Positions 58,363-64,000 of a DNA stretch of 64,000 nt are shown piece by piece. The notes beneath the pieces were generated by a model. It was not told where the DNA came from. It was given only the letters and a program-made list of their open reading frames with translations, and ran no database searches. This stretch comes from Cyanobacteria bacterium auto_48_18 (GTDB lineage: Bacteria > Cyanobacteriota > Vampirovibrionia > Obscuribacterales > Obscuribacteraceae): contig JAVHQC010000035.1 in the NCBI GenBank assembly GCA_036170915.1, forward strand, positions 224,001-288,000, given 5' to 3'. The translations under genes and the position numbers were made by a program. The first letter of the stretch is position 1; each line of letters opens with the position of its first letter.

Positions 58363-59648
58363 TCGTTCCTGCCAATAGATGTACTTCGTGCGCCTTTAAC
58401 ATCGACCTTAAATGAAGTATGTTTTCCGGGCTCACTAATCACCCCTATGGTGCCTTCATATTTTTCAACGATTGCCTTGACAATAGGCAGACCTAAACCA
58501 TTGCCACCATTGTGGTAAGAGCGGGCTTGGTCTGCTCGCCAGAAACGCTCAAAAACCTTCGGAAGGTCGTCTGCATTTATCCCGATTCCTGAATCGGTTA
58601 CGGTAATACGAATGCCTGCGTTAGTGACGGAAGCGGATATAGAGATAGTTCCAGCTTCTGGTGTGTACTTGATCGCATTGTCCAAAAGGTTTCTGAGAAC
58701 GCAGTCTAGATCATCATTGTCCATGTACACATAAAGATGTTCAGGTACTTCAACTTGAAATTTCAAGTTCTTTCGGCCAGCACCAGGAGCAGCTTTTTCA
58801 AGAGCCGACTGAACTTGCTGACTTAGTTCAAGTTGAAAGGGGCAAGGACCCAATTTGGGTTTCTCTGCAAACTGCTCGGTTCTCGCTAGCATTAGCAAGT
58901 CTTCTGTTAGCTTTTCTATTTGCAGAGCGCCGCTGGCAATTGACTCAAACTTATCTTTATCTGTTAATCGCATGCCATCGGCATGACGCAATGCCACATT
59001 TGAGTTGGTGCGAATAGCAGTGATTGGCGTGCGCAATTCGTGCGCAGCGTCTGCACAAAATTGCTGCAAGAGTTGGATGTTTTCTTCGATTGGCCGAAGT
59101 GATTGCCGTACTAATAAAAACACGCCGACACTACTAGCAGTGACTGCTACCAGCGCTCCGAGGATCAGACACTGAAGTAATAACGCTTTTTGGTTTTCAA
59201 TGGCAACAAGGGGATGCCCTACCCTGACGTACCCTAAAAGCTTTCCGTTTGCTATTGCGGGTTTGGTAAAAACTAAAGCACGAGGAATTGGTTGCCATTG
59301 ATACGATTCTCTGCGCTCAAGTGATACGGTTAAGGGCATAGCGCCCTTCTCGATATCGAGTTTGCCGTGTGGGTCAAACCATTGGATTCTCATACTCTTG
59401 AGAGTCGGTGCCGCCTCATCCGGAAGCGCAGAAACAATCAAATCCGGTTTTCCATTGTGGTCTTTGCCGTAATCATCAAAATCAATGGAAGAAATTGCAG
59501 AGTCTGCAATAGAGCGTAGTTTATCCTTCAGCTGGACATCAAAAGCTGAACATCCGAAGCAATAGACCGCTCCACAAAATATGGCAAGAACGGTGACGAA
59601 CACTACGATGTTCATAAACAATAAACGCTTTTGCCACTTCTCAAACAT
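58359..59648 (-). CDS. Sensor histidine kinase
   Basis: 2 TMs; ADAAHELRTP, NLLDNAIKYT, DSGIGI, FERFWR, GLGL. Confidence 0.95.
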   Translation of the reverse strand: MFEKWQKRLLFMNIVVFVTVLAIFCGAVYCFGCSAFDVQLKDKLRSIADSAISSIDFDDYGKDHNGKPDLIVSALPDEAAPTLKSMRIQWFDPHGKLDIEKGAMPLTVSLERRESYQWQPIPRALVFTKPAIANGKLLGYVRVGHPLVAIENQKALLLQCLILGALVAVTASSVGVFLLVRQSLRPIEENIQLLQQFCADAAHELRTPITAIRTNSNVALRHADGMRLTDKDKFESIASGALQIEKLTEDLLMLARTEQFAEKPKLGPCPFQLELSQQVQSALEKAAPGAGRKNLKFQVEVPEHLYVYMDNDDLDCVLRNLLDNAIKYTPEAGTISISASVTNAGIRITVTDSGIGINADDLPKVFERFWRADQARSYHNGGNGLGLPIVKAIVEKYEGTIGVISEPGKHTSFKVDVKGARSTSIGRNE

Positions 59649-60321
59649 CGCTTCTTAATCTATAGCCAAAACCATAAACAGTCTCTATCACTTGCTCGCT
59701 TACGCCGACAGCAGCAATTTTCTTTCGCAATGTTTTTATATGCGTCTTGATTGTTTCTCTTCCCCCGACAGATTCTGGAGACCAGAGTTTATGGAGAAGT
59801 TCCTCGCCTCTGAAAATAGCTGTTGGATTATGTGCAAAATGCATGAGGAGTCGATACTCTGTCGGTGTCACGTCTATGACATTTCCCAGATAGGTTACGA
59901 GACAAGAAACTGTGTTTATTTGCAGGGGGCCACATGAGATTACTGATGAACGGCTGTGGGCGACTGAGCGTCGAAATAGCGCACGTACTCTTGCAGACAA
60001 CTCGTCCAAGTCGAATGGCTTTGTCACAAAGTCATCAGCACCACAATCTAACCCGACAACCTTGTCCACTTTGCCGGATCTAGCAGTGAGCATCAAAATT
60101 GCGCAAGAATTGCCGCTCTCTCGTAGCTGCTTGCAAACGCTAAAACCACTTAGCTTTGGAAGCATAAGATCAAGCAGAACAACATCATACTGACCTGCTT
60201 TAGCCATTTCGAGCCCTTGCAAACCATCATGAGCAACGTCAACCACATAATTTTGATGTTGCAATTCTTCCTTAAGTGGAACAGCTATGCGCTTATCGTC
60301 TTCAACTATTAGGATCTTCAT
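59641..60321 (-). CDS. OmpR/PhoB family response regulator
   Basis: IVEDD, LDLMLP, LTA, KPF; wHTH ...IETVYGFGYRL. Confidence 0.95.
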   Translation of the reverse strand: MKILIVEDDKRIAVPLKEELQHQNYVVDVAHDGLQGLEMAKAGQYDVVLLDLMLPKLSGFSVCKQLRESGNSCAILMLTARSGKVDKVVGLDCGADDFVTKPFDLDELSARVRALFRRSVAHSRSSVISCGPLQINTVSCLVTYLGNVIDVTPTEYRLLMHFAHNPTAIFRGEELLHKLWSPESVGGRETIKTHIKTLRKKIAAVGVSEQVIETVYGFGYRLRSDV

Positions 60322-60363
60322 GTAGCTCGTCAATTACGTATTCGTCGAGTTTAAGGCAGGGCA

Positions 60364-60384
60364 GGTGAAGATCTGGTGAAGATC
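60364..60384. promoter_or_regulatory. Probable OmpR-family binding site (direct repeat, 11-bp period)
   Basis: GGTGAAGATC-t-GGTGAAGATC about 40 bp upstream of the response regulator start. Confidence 0.65.
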
Positions 60385-60460
60385 GACATTATGGATGTCT
60401 TTAATTTGATTCTCGAGACTGCAAATTCACTAAAACATGCACACCTCGAACCTAGCAAAC

Positions 60461-61573
60461 TCAGATACGGCCTTCGTCCGGTCGTCTAAAAGTAGATACC
60501 GGAGCAGCAACTGGCGCAGAAACCGGTTGAAGTTCTGGTTGAGCTTCGGGGGCAGGTGCAACTACCGGAGCTACTGGAGCTACTGGAATTACTGGTGTTA
60601 TTGGAGCTTTTGGTACCAGAAGCAGTTTACCATCACCGGCGATACCACCACCAGAAACATTTAAACCGGCCATGCGGAAAGCATGATCGCGTCTATCTAA
60701 GCGACTAAAATCAATCAGCGGGTTGAGTAGTTCTTGAGCGAATCGAGCAAACTTCTCCGGCTCTACAATATCTGGGCCTTCAACCTGCAAGTCTTGCAAA
60801 ATAATCTTACTGTCGCCCACGAGCTCAGGGCGGGCAGTAATCTTAATAGGTACGCCAGATTCAATAGTGCCGCCCTTGGTGACAAGCACTGCTTCTAAAA
60901 TAATTTTGTCGCCTACAATTTGCACTTTAGGATTAAGCGGTTCAAGCTGCTCTCCACCCAGGCCGGGCAAGTCTAACTTCAGACCACTGAGTGACGCGGT
61001 TAAGCGAGGGCTCTTAAGCGACTGAGCCAATTGCTCTTGATTTATGTTAGCGCTAATAAGCATCATAGTTGGTGCCTTAAAACCAGGGCGCTCGCCATTT
61101 TTCTTATTTCGATAATTGACCCAAATCGGATTCTGCGAAGCCATTTTCACCTGACCAAGCTTCATGCCTTTCATCTCAGGATCATCTACTTGCACTGCCA
61201 CAGATTTGACTTTACCGGCAATTAAATCAGTCAGGCTGTACGTTTTGACTTTTACTTTGACCTTGCCACCAGTTTTTTTGCGCACTGCAGCTTTGGCCAC
61301 CTGGCTAGCCACCACTTCAGTGACAAAGTTGATACCGGTAACGGTTTGCAGGGTGCGAGAAAACTTTGAGCCGATTTTAAAAGTAGGTTTTGGTGTGGCT
61401 GTCTTAATTTCAGGCCTCTCAGCATGAATCAGTGAGTTTGCTGAATCTGCTGACTTTCCTGAATCAGCTGACTTGGCCGATGCGTCTAAAGCTGCCTGCT
61501 CGGCCTGAGCACTGGGCATCATGGCCAAAAGTGTGAGAGCAATTAAAATTTTGATGTTAGTTGATTTCGGCAA
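60461..61573 (-). CDS. Exported DUF2993/LmeA-like protein
   Basis: Signal peptide (AQA-E); DLIAGKV..V, LNPLIDF; Pro/Val/Ala-rich tail. Confidence 0.65.
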   Translation of the reverse strand: MPKSTNIKILIALTLLAMMPSAQAEQAALDASAKSADSGKSADSANSLIHAERPEIKTATPKPTFKIGSKFSRTLQTVTGINFVTEVVASQVAKAAVRKKTGGKVKVKVKTYSLTDLIAGKVKSVAVQVDDPEMKGMKLGQVKMASQNPIWVNYRNKKNGERPGFKAPTMMLISANINQEQLAQSLKSPRLTASLSGLKLDLPGLGGEQLEPLNPKVQIVGDKIILEAVLVTKGGTIESGVPIKITARPELVGDSKIILQDLQVEGPDIVEPEKFARFAQELLNPLIDFSRLDRRDHAFRMAGLNVSGGGIAGDGKLLLVPKAPITPVIPVAPVAPVVAPAPEAQPELQPVSAPVAAPVSTFRRPDEGRI

Positions 61574-61665
61574 AATGTCACCAACAGGCAGAAACAGGCG
61601 TGTTTATATCTACGCCACCGGCTGCACTATAGCAAAACCGCAAAACCATTACCAAGAGGAAGATT

Positions 61666-62538
61666 TTAAAGGTTGTGTGGCGGCTGAGGTTGCTGCGGCT
61701 GTTGTGGCGGTTGCGGCGGATTCATTTTATTCTGCAAAGCATCTTTGAGCATTTCGTTCTGGCGCAAGAGCGCCTTCAAGTGTTCATTGGCTATAGCCAA
61801 CTCAGCCTGCAGCTCAGCTACAGTTTGCTCGTGCGAGACACCAGTCACAGGGTCACGTCCGGGCATCTTAGGCAGCAGCACATAACCCAATTGAACAGCC
61901 TTCAATGCCGCCGCAGTTCGCGTAGGCACTTTGAGCTTGGCCAGAATGCACTCAATATGTTTTTCTACTGTGCGCAGCTTCATGTCGAGCTCTTCGGCAA
62001 TTTCTTTGTTGCGCAAATCAAGACGAATCAGCACTTCAATCTCTCTATCGGTGAGATTGCAGTTAGGCATATTTGTAGTCGGGGCTTGCTTAACCAGTTG
62101 CGTAATCTTGGGATCGCAATAAGGCAAACCACGTGTAATTTGTTCGATAGCTTCAAAGAGTGTGCGCGGTCCTGAGCTCTTGAGGCAAAATCCGCGGGCG
62201 CCGGCGCGCATCAGTTGATTGTGATATTTAGTGGCATGGTAAGAATCGGTCAGTACCAGCACATTGGCATTAGGCAGTTCCATGCTGACTCTGCGGCATA
62301 CTTCCACGCCATTGAGAACGTCCAGATCAACATCGAGAATGACAAAATCTGGCCTTAATCTGCGAATCATTTCAGTGGCGGCCATACCATCGGCAGCCTC
62401 ACCGACAATCTCTACAACTTCAGAAACTACTCGTTTGAGACCAAAACGAATTAATTCGTGTCTCTCACAGAGCACTGTTCGAGGCCGAAAAATTGAGGGT
62501 CTTTGCGTTGAATCCAAGAGTGTCTCCCGTCTATCCAT
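61666..62538 (-). CDS. NarL/LuxR family response regulator
   Basis: REC domain (VGEAADG, PDFVILD) plus LTDREIEVL...NKEIAEEL..RTVEKH HTH; coiled-coil and P/Q tail. Confidence 0.92.
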   Translation of the reverse strand: MDRRETLLDSTQRPSIFRPRTVLCERHELIRFGLKRVVSEVVEIVGEAADGMAATEMIRRLRPDFVILDVDLDVLNGVEVCRRVSMELPNANVLVLTDSYHATKYHNQLMRAGARGFCLKSSGPRTLFEAIEQITRGLPYCDPKITQLVKQAPTTNMPNCNLTDREIEVLIRLDLRNKEIAEELDMKLRTVEKHIECILAKLKVPTRTAAALKAVQLGYVLLPKMPGRDPVTGVSHEQTVAELQAELAIANEHLKALLRQNEMLKDALQNKMNPPQPPQQPQQPQPPHNL

Positions 62539-63068
62539 CTGCCCTTTGAGAACTCCATGGCTTCGCCTATTGCAGCTCGGAATTATTGTAACAGCGTGGG
62601 CAGTCCTGTCACCATCAGGGCAGTAACTTCTTTATATACCCTATATTCTCTACGATCTAATCCTTTACTCATTTGAACGAACCCTGAGCCCCTGGGCCTT
62701 TGCGGGCGGATGGAGAAACTCACTCCACAACTATCAATGATGAAAAGGGGCATTATCAGACGCCACCAGCGATAACGCGCAAACACACCGCATATTCAGC
62801 ATATATCATCTGCAACATACTTCTGCCGGACGAGCAGAATTTTGTCTTCGCCAGCAAAATAATCTATATGGGCGCTCAAGAGATAAACTAGTAGTATCTT
62901 TCTGCTTCGCGCTAGCTAAAGCAGCTGTGTTTGGGGGAATCTTACGAGAAGCATGGGAAAAATCCCAGTAGCAGGCTATTCTTTAAATGGTTAAGCTGAC
63001 CTCATAATATTTATTCCAGGCACTGATAAATGGCCACAGACCGGCGTTCTTGAATTTTCAAAGAAGTG

Positions 63069-64000
63069 ATGACAACTACAGGATTTAAAATCGAAAAAAA
63101 ATTTCGCGACCTGGTAATTACAACTGGCCTTGTATTTTCCATCGCCCCTATTGTCTCGCTGACAACAGCCGCCCCCGCCCAGGCCACCAAACTCAACGCC
63201 GCACCGCTTCCCCATCGTGGAGAAGCTAATTCTGACAACCAGAATAATTGGGGCAGGCCTACCAAAAACTTTTCACAGTCGCCCGAGCGCACAGCCTTGC
63301 CTCCATCTATGTGGGAGGGAAGGCGACCTGATTATCGCGATGAAGAAAAGCGTAAAAAACTGGAAGAAGCTGCCAATGCCGTCAAAGCAGCTGCAGAAGC
63401 GAAAAAAGCACAAGAAGCTGTCAGGCGTGCAGAACTTGACCGCATTAATGCCGGCAAGCAATATCAACAAACCGCCATCGATGCCAATAATCGAGGTGTG
63501 GCTCTTGGCCGTCAGGGTCGCATGAATGAAGCGATTGCGCAGCATGAGCTGGCTTGCAAATATGATCCCGGCAACAAGATGTTTCGCACTAACCTGACCA
63601 GCGCCCGCACCATTTATGGTCAGCAGCGCATGGCGCAAAAGGATTATACGGGAGCCGCTCACCTTTTTCGCAAAGCACTGACCGCCGCTCAAGACAATTC
63701 GCTGGCGGCAAAATTATTGAATGAATCAATTCAAAAAACCGGCCTTGATCCCACACTTTCTGATAATCGTGTGGGAATAGGCGATCAGTTAGCGGCATCA
63801 GGTGATCTTGATGGCGCCATGATTGAGTATCAGCAAGCCATGCAGCTTGACCCCAGCGCCCGAACCTACGTCAAAATGGGCGATATGATGTTGCGTTATG
63901 GCCAGGCACCAAATGCTTTAAGCTGGTATCGCAACGCTGTGGTTAAAGATACAAACTATGGCCCGGCTCACAGGCAGCTCGGCATGATGTATATGATGCA
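63069..64000 (+). CDS. Exported TPR-repeat protein, 3'-truncated (absent from the ORF track)
   Basis: ATG at 63069 gives MTTTGFKIEKK...APAQA signal; NNRGVALGRQGRMNEAIAQHELACKYDP and GDLDGAMIEYQQAMQLDP TPRs; open to the window end. Confidence 0.85.
   Translation, partial: MTTTGFKIEKKFRDLVITTGLVFSIAPIVSLTTAAPAQATKLNAAPLPHRGEANSDNQNNWGRPTKNFSQSPERTALPPSMWEGRRPDYRDEEKRKKLEEAANAVKAAAEAKKAQEAVRRAELDRINAGKQYQQTAIDANNRGVALGRQGRMNEAIAQHELACKYDPGNKMFRTNLTSARTIYGQQRMAQKDYTGAAHLFRKALTAAQDNSLAAKLLNESIQKTGLDPTLSDNRVGIGDQLAASGDLDGAMIEYQQAMQLDPSARTYVKMGDMMLRYGQAPNALSWYRNAVVKDTNYGPAHRQLGMMYMM

Overview
Gene-dense bacterial chromosomal segment with about 52 CDS and one tRNA-Ser(GCU). I saw no CRISPR array, transposase or integrase. 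Cyanobacteria-like genes (lysA-cdaA pairing, NusB with a long insert, DUF2993/LmeA-like, GerMN lipoprotein, 7TM-HD) occur with fermentative genes (xfp, glgP), pdxST and large orphan proteins. This suggests a non-photosynthetic cyanobacterial relative (Vampirovibrionia/Melainabacteria, Obscuribacterales-like); that placement is inference. Housekeeping genes: ruvB, cdsA, galE, rsmD, nusB, ftsY, serS, lysA, pyrF, rpmE. Best candidates for undescribed biology: (1) a coupled acyl-CoA ligase / SGNH / MBOAT / PPK2 operon, probably a surface acylation system with a non-acetyl donor and AMP recycling; (2) two probable pseudo-enzymes, a GDH homolog with the catalytic Lys replaced by His and an eIF-2B/MtnA-fold protein lacking the catalytic Cys; (3) an orphan DUF6088/AbiEi-like regulator behind a perfect 38-bp palindrome; (4) a stand-alone multi-MshEN protein; (5) several phased 11-bp repeat arrays and tandem palindromes in intergenic DNA. 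All family calls come from motif recognition by eye, not database searches.
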